Shown in pieces: positions 11,995-24,790 of a stretch of 64,000 nt of DNA. The notes under the pieces were generated by a model. That model was not told the DNA's origin and searched no databases. It saw nothing but the letters and a program-made list of their open reading frames with translations. The translations under genes and the position numbers were made by a program. This DNA comes from Macrostomum hystrix (Eukaryota; Animalia; Platyhelminthes), in the NCBI GenBank assembly GCA_950097015.1, contig CATNEN010000025.1, forward strand, positions 248,001-312,000, in the 5' to 3' direction. Numbering within the stretch: position 1 is the stretch's first letter; every line of letters starts with the position of its first letter.

Positions 11995-14900
11995 TAGCTT
12001 GGACAACGAAACCATACCTCCGCGCGGTGCCAAGCGGGCGGCCCGGATCAAGGCCGGCAAACACGGTTTCGGTGGGGAGAGAGGCCCGCAGCCGTAGAGT
12101 AACATCTACGTTCTGTGGGCAAACCTCCACCCAACAGAGTGGCTCAGGAGTAACGAACCTGAACACCTCTCTAAACAACACAAACGTGAAAGAACCGGAA
12201 CGGGAGCGGAAGGAAAAGAGAAAGAAAAAATATCAACCAAAAATCAACAAAAAAAGACACATAAACGACGAAAATAAAAAAAAGAGAGCGAAAACGGTGA
12301 GAGACAGAAGAAATGTCGAAGCCGAGATCAGAGTCGCGTTGCGCACTATTGAAAAGAACCCGGGCCCGAAAACGGAGGCGCAGAGAACTGCCAGACGACA
12401 ACGAAGGAAACTGAAAAGGTGTCACATCCGAGAAACTCGAGCCTCCGTAAACCAGAACAGGGCCGAAACCAACTGGAAGACACAAAAACTACGAATTGCC
12501 ACATGGAACACCCAGAGAGCAAACATCTTCTCGGGACGTTTCGGTGAAATTGTGAAAGAAGCATCAAAGGAATGGGATATCACTCTTCTCACCGAACTCA
12601 ACACCACCAGCACCGGTGTCCGCAAGTACCACGTCCGAGGCGAAGACATGTTCCTGTTTTTCTCGCAAAAAGTTGGGATACTCCTGAACAACACGGCCTG
12701 GCACAGATGGACAGCCAGTGGGCGGAGATCCCACCCGCAAAAGAGATCGTTGGCTTTGGAATTCAACAACCTACTCCTCATCGCCGTCTACCAACCCGTC
12801 AAGGGTAGTCACGGATACGAGGAAGACATTGAAGACATCAGAACCGAAGTGGAACGACTGCTGACGTCCAAGCACCACAGCACCCTGGCAATAATCGGCG
12901 GCGACTGGAACGCCAGCATGGGATCGGACGCACAAAACGTTTTCACAAACTACGGCAAGACCAACCCAGGTGGCCCGCCCACCAACACCCAGGGCAGAGA
13001 CCTCCTCACCTGGACCGAGAGCATCGGCATGGTCTGGGCCAGCTCATATTACGCCCAAAAGAAACCTGGCACCTGGAGAAACCCGAATACGGGCCGATGG
13101 TATGAACTCGACGGTTTTTTCCTAGAGGCGGATAAACGCCATATGATGCTGCGAAAGATCCACACAGACCACTCCAAAGCAAAGCTCTCTGACCACCTAC
13201 CAAAGGTACTCAACCTCCGCCAAGGATGCCTGACGACCTGCGACACCGACCGACAACACGAGCGGAGAGCGAGGAACCGTAAAAAACAAATCGCCTGGGA
13301 GAAACTCCGGGACCCTGTCGTGAAAGAAGAGTACCGCAAAGCCACGGAACACAAGCTACTCGAAATCGGCAATAAAAACACGGAAACCGGAGCACACCAG
13401 AAGGTTTGCTGGCGCACGGTCGAGGAGAAACTGATGGAAGCGGCCCAAGACACTTGCGGAATTAAGACCAGAGAAACGAACAGTTGGATGATCGGCCACG
13501 AAGATGAGTTGAAAGAGCTGAACAAAGCGATTGCAAACACGTTAGCGGAACGGAATAGAGCGATCACAATAGACCGGAGAGAGAGCACACCAGAGAGTCG
13601 TGCTAACATCGAAGAGGCTCGCAAACGCCTTAAAGAACATCGAAAAAATCAAAAAGATCGCGTTCAAGGATGGGAGGACGATTGGTGGACCAGCATCGCG
13701 GAAGAATGTAAGGACCACTGCGAACGAGGGAACACAGGCGGAATGTACGACTGCCTGAAACGAATGGGAAGAGCCAGCAAAAGGAACAGCAACAACAGCT
13801 CGAGTGTCCCACTTTTCTCGGCGGAAGAGTTTAAAGAACACCTGGCGACTATTCAGGCTGATCGTTTCGAGAACGACCCCGCCAAAATCACTGAGTTGAT
13901 TGCTACCATGGCCAAACCGGACAGTAACCACACCAAAGAAGCCAACGTGAAACTCGCCCGACCGCTTACGGATGGGGAAATTGAGGGGGAAATCCGAAAA
14001 ATCAAAGACGGTGCCCCAGGCGAAGATGGAGTGCGCGTTCGCTACATCCGAGACGCCTGCGACAGAGCCAAGGGTGAACTGATCAAAGAGATCCAGCGCC
14101 TCTGGCACACTGACGCGGAGGAATGGAGTGAAGCCCAAAAAACTGGCCTGGTCTTACCACTCTTCAAGAAAGGAGACAGAGGGAACCTCAATAACTACCG
14201 AGGGATCTGCCTACTCCTGCTCGTCAGTCGCATCCTCGCCCGAATACTAGCAACCAGGATCAGCGAATGGGCGGAATCAGTCGGGATCCTGGACGAGAAC
14301 CAGGCTGGTTTTCGAAGTGGACGCTCAACCATGGATGCCACACAAATACTCTGGCGACTCAACGAAGATGCAGGCAAACTCAGGGACAGCCCGCAGTTTC
14401 ATGAGGGCCTTTGCACGAGCATCACGCTCCTCGACTTAAGAAAAGCGTATCCTCGCGTTAATAAGCCCGCGCTGTGGCAACTACTGAAACATTACAGCAT
14501 GCCGAAGACCATCATCAGCAAGCTACGGGACCTGCATGAAGCCACCGCCTACAAGGTAGTAAGCGACAAAGAAGAGAGTTCACCTTTCTACCCCCAGAGA
14601 GGACTTCGTGAAGGATGTGCCACATCACCGGTGCTCTTCAATATTTTTCACCAGGCAGTGATCCGCCTCGCAGAGATCGAGCGCCGCAAACGGACAGTGG
14701 AGTCCGGAGAACAGTACGGAATCCGCTGGACAGTGCGCTCAGGTCACAGCCTCCCCCCCAGAGAATGGGAGTCATCAACGAGGAAACATCAGTAATGGCG
14801 ATCACGTGCTCCCTTTTTGCGGACGAGACTACGGTGATCGGCACGACGGCGGAAATTGAGCAGGGCACCTCCACCATCAAAGAGGTCATGGGGATGTTCG

Positions 14901-16110
14901 AAGAGAGAATGAACGACGAGAAGGAGGAGCACGCCAAATTGGGCACCGGAGAAAGCGAAAACATCCGCATGTTGGGAACCTGGCTCGGCCGGAAGAACGA
15001 CACCAGCCAACGCCTTCAGAGAGCAGCGAAAGCCTGGGGCGGGGTGAAAAACATGATGCGCCGAACCCGGTTGAGCAAGAAGACCCAAGCCAAGATCGTA
15101 GAGACGTGCGTCGAGAGCACCATGTTGTTCAACTGCGGGGCCAGACCCTTCCATCGATCCGAAACAAGAAGGATGCAACAGGCAGTAGACCGCATCTACC
15201 GTAGGATCTGGAGCAATAAACAGCAACCGACCCTGCGCGAAATGGAAGAGAAAGGAGTCAACAGCTGGGACATCCGCCAAGAACTCGGAATTGCAAGCGT
15301 CGAGACAAAGGTCGAAATGGCCCATTGGCGACGTCTGGGCCATGTCATCCGGTTGCCCGACGAAAACATCGCAAAGGCGTGCCTTCTCGGCTGGAACAAG
15401 GAGTTGGAATCAGTCCGCAAAGCACGCAAACGAAAGCAAACGATCATGTCCTTCTGGAAGAAGATGCTGAGGACAGCGAAAATCGACGAACTGGACATTG
15501 ATAGACTGGCCCAGGACCGCAAAGCATGGAAGACACTGTGTGAGAAGCGACGGCGCCAGCTCACCACCCAAGAGGCGTTGAAATACAAACGCGGCAACAA
15601 CACGACAACAGCGGGGGACCAACGAAGCGAAACACCCCCCACGGGACCGAGGATACCCAAGAGAGCGAACTAACAGGGTACCATTGCAAGTATGAAGGCT
15701 GTAACAAAATATGCGCATCCAGGGGCGGACTGGCCATCCACTGCAGACGCCTACATCACTCCGTCGCCGCAGTCTCCCTCCCCTGCCACAAATGCGAGAG
15801 GACCTTCAAATCAGAAGCAACCAGGAAGAACCACCAAAAGTGGTGCCGGGGAGCCCCCCAGACCGACGGCCGTAAGAACTGCGTCGGCTGCGGGAAGTGG
15901 ATTAGCAGCAGCAACTTCGCAAGACACTGGATCAAATGCGCACAAAAGCACGGGCCGCAAGCGACCATGAACAACACCGAGGGCCAAACGCAGTTGGTCG
16001 AAAACGTCGCCAGAATCTACCGCAGCAGACGCGTTCCGTGCCCGGATTGCGGTCGGACACAGGCGGCAACGAATCTGGCACAACATAGAAGAGGCTGTAG
16101 TGGTATCTAA
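11995..16110 (+). pseudogene. RTE ORF: APE-RT-four C-terminal zinc fingers, frameshifts near 14750 and 15550-15670
   Basis: ORFs 11979-14795 and 14615-15673; frame-1 segment 15601-16110 translates to CKYEGC..H..H, CHKC..H..C, CVGC..H..C, CPDC..H..C. Confidence 0.85.
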
Positions 16111-16177
16111 GATTGACCCGCCCGGTTCGACCACGCCGAAAGGCGATAAAAGGTCTGATGATGATGATGATGATGAT
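11995..16177 (+). mobile_element. RTE-clade non-LTR retrotransposon, full length, frameshifted
   Basis: TSD AACTATACCA at 11985-11994 and 16178-16187; (GAT)n 3' tail; AP endonuclease (RIATWNTQ, GGDWNAS, SDHLP) and RT (NYRGICLL, QAGFRSGRST, LDLRKAYPRV, GLREG, LFADE). Confidence 0.9.
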
Positions 16178-16229
16178 AACTATACCACAACTGACCCCCG
16201 GCTTGAGGGTCAGTTATGATATACCATAA

Positions 16230-16933
16230 CAAACCCAGGGTGAGCATCACCCTCATGGTCATTCACCATTTGAAGAACTAGACATAGATATGGTTGAAGC
16301 CTTTCCAGCTGACCCTATGCATCTGCTTTACCGAGGAATTGGTTACATGATTTTGAAGCTCTTCAAAGAGGGGACAAAGAATTTAGGCTTTCATCCGGAC
16401 TTCGAGACCAAATTAATATCTATATTATTCATTGTCGAGCCTATTCGCCTTGTGACTTTGTTCGCCGTCCAGGCTTGATAACTCAACTTGGTTTGTGGAA
16501 AGCAACAAATATCCGTCAGTTTTTTCTATATCTTGCTCCACTTATTTTAATTCCACATATAAGTAATGAAGAATATCTTGAATGGATAATTTCATTCCAT
16601 GTAGTTGTTACCTTAATGAGTGCAATCAATTTAAGTAATTAATACACTACCTATCTACAACAACTTATCAAGTCATTTATTTTAAAGGCACAGACAATGA
16701 TTAGTGAGCAGTTTATAGTTTATAATATGCACTCATTGATTCACTTAGTTGATGATTTTATCAAGCATAGAAACATTAATGATGTTAGCTGCTTTTTGTT
16801 TGAAAATTTTTCAAGATTTGTAAAAAAACTGATCCGTTCACCACATATGCCTTTGCAACAGGCTGCTAATCGTGTTAGTGAAAGTGATCAGTGTCTTGGT
16901 CAATTTCATCTGAATCAAAAAGCCACTCAGTAA
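16230..16933 (+). pseudogene. EnSpm transposase mid fragment (element 4)
   Basis: HHPHGHSPFEELDIDMVEAFPADPMHLLYRG, WKAT, YNMHSLIHLVDD, FENFSRFVKKLIRSPHMPLQQA. Confidence 0.8.
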
Positions 16934-18617
16934 TCAATTAATACTTTACAATATGCTTAATATCGTGGTGCAGCGTTTAACTGCTTAATTAAAAAAATAT
17001 GCTTATTAGCTGTAGTATTAACAGTTATATGATTGTTTTTGTATTTTCATATTTAATGTAAGCTTATTAGTTTTATGTGCATGTCTATTATAAACCCTGC
17101 GCGTGCTTAATTATTCATTTGCGATTATTTTTGTATCTCTATTATATTATAACCCTATAATGCGTGCTTATTAACTATTCATGGTGTGCAATTGCTATTG
17201 CTTTTATTGTATTTGTATTTTCATATTTAACTGTAGTTTTATAACCTATATAAATAAATTAGTAAATCACTATTCAATATATTATATTAATTAATATTAA
17301 TTTTATAAAGTAAAATACCTAATAACTATGGTATTGTGTGTATTAAAGAAAATAATCTGTTACATTAATTTGTTCTTAACTTAGATATTTTATCCTCAGA
17401 TTTTGGTAATTTAACAGCAAAGTTTATTAGTTTTTGTTGAGTCTTAGTTTTCACTGATCAAAGTGTCGATCGCATTTTAAATCTTTTTTTAGTGTGCTGC
17501 TCTTTGTTCTCAGTGAAGTTGAACGCTCAGTGCAGTCATTAATTGTATCAATTGTTATTAATTGTATTGCTTAATTAGTCAATTTACTCCATTATATTCT
17601 CAAGAAAAAATTTATATATACATTTTCTACCTATTCTGTTTAATATTTATTGATACAAGTTGCAAGTATATTATTTATTTTTGTATTTTGTGCATACTCA
17701 GTCAGTCTCACTCTCAGTTCACTGGTTCAGTACTTTTACTTGCAATAAATTATTTATTAAGAAAGCATTTAATTGGCCTAGCCACTTGGCTAGGTTACGC
17801 CTAGCTAGGCCTTAGTGTATGATAAATGGGCCTAGTGATCCTGCTAATACTATAAGGGATAATTTAGGAATGAGGGGATTCAGATGTACTGTATCTGTCT
17901 TTTCTAATAAGGATTTATTTCAGGTTATTAGTCACATTAAGCTTCATCACTCTTTTGGTTGTAAATGTTTTTTATGTCCAGTTGAGGGATGTTTCCATAG
18001 TAGTACTACCATTGAAGGACTTCGAGCCCATGCATATCGTATACATAAGAAAATCCATACTTTTCCTAATGTTAGTAGTGACAATGTAGGTAGTAGTAGT
18101 GCTAATGACAATGAGAATTTTGAAGAATTGGAAAATCATCTGGATTGAAACTGCAGTATTGAAACTATTACTATTGCCAGTATTGGCACTAATAATCCTG
18201 GTTTTTTAGCGTTAGGTCAAGGGCAAGAAACCAAGCATATTATGATCAATGAGCAAGAACATACATATTCTGTTGAAGATATCCGTAATAATATCAGAAA
18301 GAATCTTGCAGAAAGTTTTGTTCATTTTTACTTAAAGTCTAATAATATTGTCTTAATCCCAAAGCAGAAATCAGGCCAGTTGTGTGAGTTAGTTAAAGAA
18401 ATAATATTAAAATTTGCTGAAGACTATTTTTCACTATTTGAACAATTCCATATAGAGGAATTTCCTTGTTTTGTTAGTAGTTTTAATAGTCATAAAGATA
18501 TTTTAGATCTTTAAGAAATGATAGATTTATAATTAGAACATTTACTTTCTAATCAAAAGATATTAGATATTTTATATACAAGTTATAATTTAGTTCAACC
18601 TATGCAAGTTCCTAATA

Positions 18618-19933
18618 TACCTTTTTGCAATCAACTTCGTCGTTTTTGCGTTCAATTTCGGCGCGAGCGCTAGTGTGCAGTCCAAACAACTGAGCCATAG
18701 ACACTGGGCAACTTTTGCGTTCAAATTCGGCCGTTTTGCGTCCTATTTCGGTAGCGCAATCACAGGGGCACTGTGGGCACAGTTCGAATGTTTTTGCCAT
18801 AGACACTTTCTCATTCGATCGCGTTCAGTGAGGGTGGGATGAAAAATTTGTCTCCGAAAGCAGGCCTATAATTGTCTCCGCAAGTCTGTTTCGGTGTTTT
18901 TACTTTCTACTCCCGGATAGAATGCCTCCAAGAGGACAATACACGCGCGTCACGACAGTTGATCGACAGAGACTGATCGCAGCTTACGACTTCATTGCAG
19001 ACTGGCGAGCGCTCGCTCGTGTGCTAGGCTTTGCGCGCCAAACTGCGGCAAGCATTATCAAAGCCTACGCTGACCAGGGCAGAGCGGACCCTCCAAAAGG
19101 CGGAGCAAAGAGGCGTCGCTTGACAGATGAGATGGTGAATGCGATCACCGAATTCCTGGAGACCCAACCTGGCGCAAAACTGGCGCAGATGAGGAACCAC
19201 ATCCTGCAGGGATTCCCCAATCTAGTGAATGTGTCACTGTCTGCCATCAGCCGCGCACTGGATGGAAGACTCATCACTCTCAAGCTCATGAGAGGGAATC
19301 CAGTGGATTGGAACACTCCCGTGACTAAGGAGGCCCGCCGCATGCATGCTGAGTAGATGCTGGCCGAAGGCGTCCATCGCCACACGATCTGGCTTGACGA
19401 GTTCGGTGTCAATCTGTGGACACTCCGCAGTCAGAACTGGGCTCCACGAGGCCAGCGTGCCGTCTCGGTTTTGAATGGCCAGCGAGGGCAGAACCTAACC
19501 ATCTGCCTGGTCATCTCGCCTGTGTACGGCCTGCTTCACCTGACCACTATACAGGGAGGCTTCACCAACGCCCATTTCGCAGACTTTCTAACCGAGTTGG
19601 ACGTCCTGTTAGAGGAGTAATTCGTGCTCATGGTTGATGGCGCTCGTGCGCACCTGAACGTGCCAGGATTGGGTGAAGGTCATGAGTGCCGGTTTCTGCT
19701 CCCGTATTCACCATTCCTGAATGCCGCTGAGCAGGCAGGCTCATGTGGCGGCGAGGCTAGTTTCTGTAATTTCAAATGGAGAATGTCTCATGCCGTAAGC
19801 TGCCAAAATAGGACGCAAAACGCCGAATTTGAACGCAAAAGTTGCCCAGTGTCTGGCTCAGTTGTTTAGACTGCACTTTAGCGCTCGCGCCGAAATCGAA
19901 CGCAAAAACGACTAAATTTATTGCAAAAAGGTA
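18618..19933 (+). mobile_element. Tc1/IS630-like DNA transposon with long TIRs, defective transposase
   Basis: TA TSD (18616-17, 19934-35); ~130-bp TIRs starting TACCTTTTTGCAA; transposase 18922-19740 in one frame with two stops; WLDEFG, MVDGARAH, PYSPFLNAAE. Confidence 0.9.
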
Positions 19934-20316
19934 TAATATTGTAAATGATTCAAGAAGTTAAGTTTGGTATGTCTCACTAAAAAAATGCTTGGCTCAATTA
20001 TTAAGAATGAAACATTATTGCAATATATTATTTCTAGTCCAAATCAAGGCCTTGATAATGGTAGTGACTTTTTTCAGTCTTCTTATTATAAAGAACATAT
20101 TAGCAATTATGCACCAAATAAGAAAGGCATATTTCTTAAATTTTATTCCGATGAGATTGAAGTCTGCAACCCAATTGGTTCTGCCAAAACAAAACATAAA
20201 CTATGTGTTATCTATTATAATATCCTTAATTTCCCAGACCATCTTAATTCTTCATTAGATTTAACCTTTCTTTCAACAATATTTTATGAGTCAAGTGTTA
20301 AAATGATAGGCTTTAA

Positions 20317-22806
20317 CCTCTTCCAGTCTGTGCAGCTTTTAGTCTAACTCCATTCCAGTCGGATGGGTCGTTTTCGACCATAGACAAAATGTTATCGTAT
20401 AAAAGGTTCACACCCACTCCTGTCGGAAAGAGTTTTATTCTATGGTTTTTCAGCTCGTGGAAATGGCTTCATACAGACCAAAAAGACAGGCGATGCTAAC
20501 TGCCAATCGGAGGCTCGGTCTAGATTCAGCCACGGAATCCGATGACTCATCTGAGACAGACTTGACTGCCAGCACCGACTCTGACACTAAAGAAGAGGAA
20601 GAAGCGGAGATTCCTGGTTGGAATATTGTGTCTGAGGAGAATGACGCACGGCCAGACGGAGTTCCTGAATTTCTTGGAACTGCTGGTAGCAATCCGTCGT
20701 GGAATCTCCCAAGCGATGCTGACGGCAATGAACAGCAATTCATCAACAAGTACCTACCCGGTGAGATGTTTGACATGCTATGTGCGTGGACGAACGCCAG
20801 GGCATGGAAAGACTACGCAGGAGAAAACCCCAACCAATTGCCTCCAAGGGTTCTTCAATGGCGAGACTGCAACGAGAATGAGATCCGCAAAGTAGTTGGC
20901 ATCGCCCTCTACATGGGATTAAACAAGAAGCCAGAACTGAACAGCTACTGGTCAAAGGATGCTTTTTACCACTGCCCGTATCTGAATCACACATTCTCAC
21001 CTTCTCGTGACCGATTCAAGAGCGTCATGTGCTATCTGAGATTGTATGACTGCAACAACGAGATTCAGGATGACCCACTTTCAAAGATGCGTCCCTTTTT
21101 GTCTGAAGTGCAGCGCCTGTGCCAAGACAATTACATCCCTCGCCGCGAGATTTGCGTTGACGAGAGTTTGGTTCTGTACAAAGGACGTTTGAACTTCAAA
21201 CAGTACATTCCGTCCAAACGGAGTAGATACGGCATCAAGCTTTACTGCCTTTGCGAATCGAGCAGCGGCTACCTTTGGAACTTTGCTGTGCACTCCTCTC
21301 AAGAGGAAAATTCTAAGTTTGCCCAAGACCGGGGCTGTGATGGGCTGTCATTCAGCGAAAAGGTGGTCGCTGAATTAGCACGAGATCTGCTCAACTTTGG
21401 TAATCACATTTTTGTTGACAGCTGGTTCTGCTCTAATCGCTTGGCCACGTGGCTTCTGGAGCGGAGTACACTGCTCACGGGAACAACCAGAAAAGATCGC
21501 AGTATTCCAGCATTGCTACAGGAACAGAACATTCCGCCGACCTCTTCTGTGTTTGCAAGATGCGGAAACATTCTGGCTTGCAAGTTTGTTGACAGAAAGC
21601 AAAGCGGAAAGAAGACGGTTTACATGATTGACACAGATGGTGTAGCAGGCTGCACCAACAGCACACGCATTCGTCGCGGAGGTATTGAGGAGGTCATCCG
21701 GAAGCCTCGGTGCATGGCGCTGTACTCGACGTTCATGGGAGGCGTTGATCGCATGGACGGTGGCCTGCAACCGTATCACCCAAACAGAAAGACCCAGAAA
21801 TGGTTTCACCGGCTGGCATTTCACCTTATCCTGCTGCTGCTTCGCAACTCCTGGATTGTCTACCGCAGTGCTGGTGGAACAAAGTGCTTTCTGGGCTTTT
21901 TAGAGCTCGCAATCAAGGATCTGATTGAAGGATCAGGGCCAGGCCGACGCTGCGTCACGGTTGCGCTGGACCAGGCACCCAACCCTGCCGGCCATCTTCC
22001 AGGCAAATCTGCACGAGTCGTTGGCCAGAGTCGGCTCAGGCGTCGATGCCGTGTGTGTCACAAGAAGACAATCTACATCTGCACTCAGTGCCCTGATTCT
22101 CCTGTGCTCTGCATGGGCCCGTGCTTTGCTCTCTTCCATGGCAGGGAGCCTTGACAAATTCACCTTTCGCGTGTTACAGTTTCCCTACAGTAATTTCCCA
22201 CAGTCAACACAAAAACGGGTGTTTTTATACATGTATTTGTACTTTCTGACATGCCAGCACGGTATAGTCCGATTCTAAAGTCGCAGCATTACGCTGCTTT
22301 CATTCTTGGTTTATTTCATCTGATTTTTAATATTCACGCTCCATGCACATTGCCTGTTCGCAGTCTTTTGTTAATAGGTCATTTCCAACGTACAAGTATC
22401 TGTTGATAAGATATTGAAATACGGGCTAAGTATTTTGCGTTCTGTTGCACCGTTACTTATCCTTACTACGAGCGTACTTTTCTATATGTCCTAATTCCTA
22501 ATTAGCGATTTAATTTCATTATAAAACTGGCGCTAAACAAAGCATTAAGCAGTGTTGCTTTACAAAGGTAGTTTCAAAATGGTTTCATTTGTAATCCATT
22601 GCAGAATTCGCAAAATATACAACATTTGGTCGCTTTGTCAGGCTGATAACTTCATTGAATTTAAGAAGATTTCTTCGTGGTCGTTTTCGACCCAGAGCCG
22701 ACTGGAACGGAAGTGTCCAGAAAGGCGAAAAAAGCAATAGACTAACATCTCCGACTGATAGGGAGAAGGCTAAGTGGCCGAAAACGACCTTCCCGACTGC
22801 TAACCG
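20317..22806 (+). mobile_element. piggyBac transposon
   Basis: TTAA at 20313-20316 and 22807-22810; imperfect TIRs sharing CAGTCGG..GGTCGTTTTCG; host frame restored on removal. Confidence 0.9.
20463..22154 (+). CDS. piggyBac transposase, uninterrupted ORF
   Basis: VDESL, YIPSKRSRYGIK, FVDSWF, MGGVDRMD catalytic motifs; C-terminal CRVC..CTQC..C..PCFALFH cysteine-rich domain. Confidence 0.92.
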   Translation: MASYRPKRQAMLTANRRLGLDSATESDDSSETDLTASTDSDTKEEEEAEIPGWNIVSEENDARPDGVPEFLGTAGSNPSWNLPSDADGNEQQFINKYLPGEMFDMLCAWTNARAWKDYAGENPNQLPPRVLQWRDCNENEIRKVVGIALYMGLNKKPELNSYWSKDAFYHCPYLNHTFSPSRDRFKSVMCYLRLYDCNNEIQDDPLSKMRPFLSEVQRLCQDNYIPRREICVDESLVLYKGRLNFKQYIPSKRSRYGIKLYCLCESSSGYLWNFAVHSSQEENSKFAQDRGCDGLSFSEKVVAELARDLLNFGNHIFVDSWFCSNRLATWLLERSTLLTGTTRKDRSIPALLQEQNIPPTSSVFARCGNILACKFVDRKQSGKKTVYMIDTDGVAGCTNSTRIRRGGIEEVIRKPRCMALYSTFMGGVDRMDGGLQPYHPNRKTQKWFHRLAFHLILLLLRNSWIVYRSAGGTKCFLGFLELAIKDLIEGSGPGRRCVTVALDQAPNPAGHLPGKSARVVGQSRLRRRCRVCHKKTIYICTQCPDSPVLCMGPCFALFHGREP

Positions 22807-23289
22807 TTAATTCTTGCTTGTTGCCACTAGTTACAGAAATTAATGAGTTATACTATGAGGAATTTGTTGTTAGTGACACAGTCAAAACTCCAGTGATTGC
22901 TGCCTTTATGACTGGAGACAATTTATCAATGCATAGACTGTTAGGTATTCAAACTTGGTTTTCTAGTGGTTTTATTTGTAGGTTCTGCTTGAAAGAATAT
23001 AAAGACCTTTGTAACATTGATTTTGATAAACTATCTAAATTGTTTGATTTCAAATACCGTGATGACTTCATGTGTATTGAGGATGCTAAGTCTTTGTGTA
23101 ATGGGTTTGTTAATAATTCAGTGTTTGAGAAAGTTTCATATATTGACTTCCAATATTTTTTCCACCTGATATAATGCATGATGTGTTTGAAGGCTTTTCC
23201 CATGTAGTTATTAGTATTGTTCTTTTAAGTGAATAAAAGAACTGCAGAGGACGGTTTTCTGCTTCAAAGACGCACTAGTCGACGGCACC

Positions 23290-23703
23290 CGGAGGAGGGT
23301 CGTCGCCGAGCTGCAGGCCCTCCTGGACCAAGGTATCATCGAGCGCGTCAACGGTCCGTCGCCGTGGGTCGTCCCGAAAGAGAACGGCAGCATCCGCATC
23401 TGCCAGGACCTATGCGACGTCAACTCGTTCGCTGTCCCAGAAAAGAACCCAATACCAACTTTCGAAGAGATCACGGACGAGATGGCAGGCTCCACAGTCT
23501 TCAGCGAGCTCGACATCGCCAAGGCCTTTCATCAGATCGTCGTCAAGCCCGAATCTCGCCACATCTTCACGTTCAGCACTCCCCTAGGCCTGATGAGACT
23601 GACCAGGCTCAGCATGGGCTTCACCAACGCGTCCGAAATTCTGCAAAGAGTAATGACAGGCGTTCTCAGCGGCCTCCGGGGTGTCCGATGGGCGCACGAC
23701 GGA
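23290..23703 (+). pseudogene. Gypsy-type reverse transcriptase fragment
   Basis: LLDQGIIERV..SPWVVPKENGSIRICQD..VN..IPTFEEI..GSTVFSELDIAKAFHQI..FSTPLGL..RLSMG, broken at the YxDD position. Confidence 0.8.
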
Positions 23704-24790
23704 TAGATGCCATCTGGCCCAGGTGCTTTATAAGGGTTAAATGACTTTGCCGCGCGAACGATGCGGTCATTTGTGACGAGTGACTGAGCCAGGCCCTGAC
23801 CGCCATGCGAGTGGTCGTCTAGGCCAAAGTGCGCCGGTACACTCGGGAAGAAATGCCCTAGCATGAGCTCGAGCGTTTCCTCCGGACGCTCCGTGATCGA
23901 GCCGTCAGGCTTTTTGATCGACGAGAGCTTTGAGAAGCGGTCGTTGGTGAGCGCCTTTACCACGCGGTAGAGCTGGGCACCTCAGATGCCTCCCCCGTAG
24001 CCCTTGGTTGCGGCGCCTGCCCCGGTGGGCCACCGCGCATCTCACTGCGCAGCTGGGTCACCTTGGCGGCTCGCACCACCTCGGAGGCCCGCTGGAGAAG
24101 GCCCCGGCGCTTGGTGGCGTGCGCGGAGTGACGCTCAGAGCTGCCGGCAATGGCGCGCTCTGGCCTTTTTTGGCGGGTCGACTGGTCGACTGGGCCCTGC
24201 CCCCGGTTCCAGCCTCGGGGTCCGAGGACCCTTCAGTGGCCGAAATGGTGGTGGGCCCGGTCTGACCCCGGGTTTTGTCTGCCTCGAAGGCGAAGATTTT
24301 GGTCTTCCACAGACCGATGCAGATGTTTGCGCCATCTGGGTAACGGCGTGTCCATTGCTCGGACAGGCCCAGAATGGCGGTGAAGCCGGTGCCGTCGGGG
24401 CGCAGGATCGTGCGGTGCACGATTCGGCCCGCTGTCGGGAGCTCCCGGTTCATCGCGATGAGGCCCATGCGGAGGTCCTCAGCGCTAGTGACGAGGCTTC
24501 AACCGCTCAAGGAGAGCCCGGGCCGCCACCGTCAAGCCGGGCTCCGCGGTTCTGCGCAAGCGGACGGCACGCACCAAGACGCAGACGCCCTTTGAACTCG
24601 AGCCATGGACCGTCACGGACAAGCAGGGCGACTCCTACATTCTGCGGCAGGGCGACGGGACTTGCACTCGCCACCTGACGCACATCTGGCCTCTGACGGT
24701 TGCCGAGGAGCCACCATCTAAGGCTGACGCGGCCGTCGCCTCACCGGAGCGCTGCATCGCGGAGTGGCCTCACCCCAGAGCCGCAAAGGA
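23704..24790 (-). pseudogene. R1/LOA-like non-LTR retrotransposon fragments (ORF1-like piece and pre-RT ORF2 piece)
   Basis: IKKPDGSITERPEETLELMLGHFFPS..KSFNPYKAPGPDGIY; 24058-24468 resembles LOA ORF1 (LIAMNRELPT..W..). Confidence 0.6.

Larger units (their letters stand above)
17819..23230 (+). pseudogene. EnSpm-like transposase with N-terminal C2H2 finger (element 5), interrupted by Tc1 and piggyBac
   Basis: CPVEGC..LRAHAYRIH; DEIEVCNPIGSAKTKHKL; TGDNLSMHRLLG..CRFC; DIMHDVFEG. Removing the piggyBac restores MIGFN-SCLLPLVTEINEL. Confidence 0.75.

Noticed and set aside
16188-16225. Helitron 3' hairpin (AACTGACCC..GGGTCAGTT)
   Set aside because: No CTRR terminus or RepHel sequence nearby.
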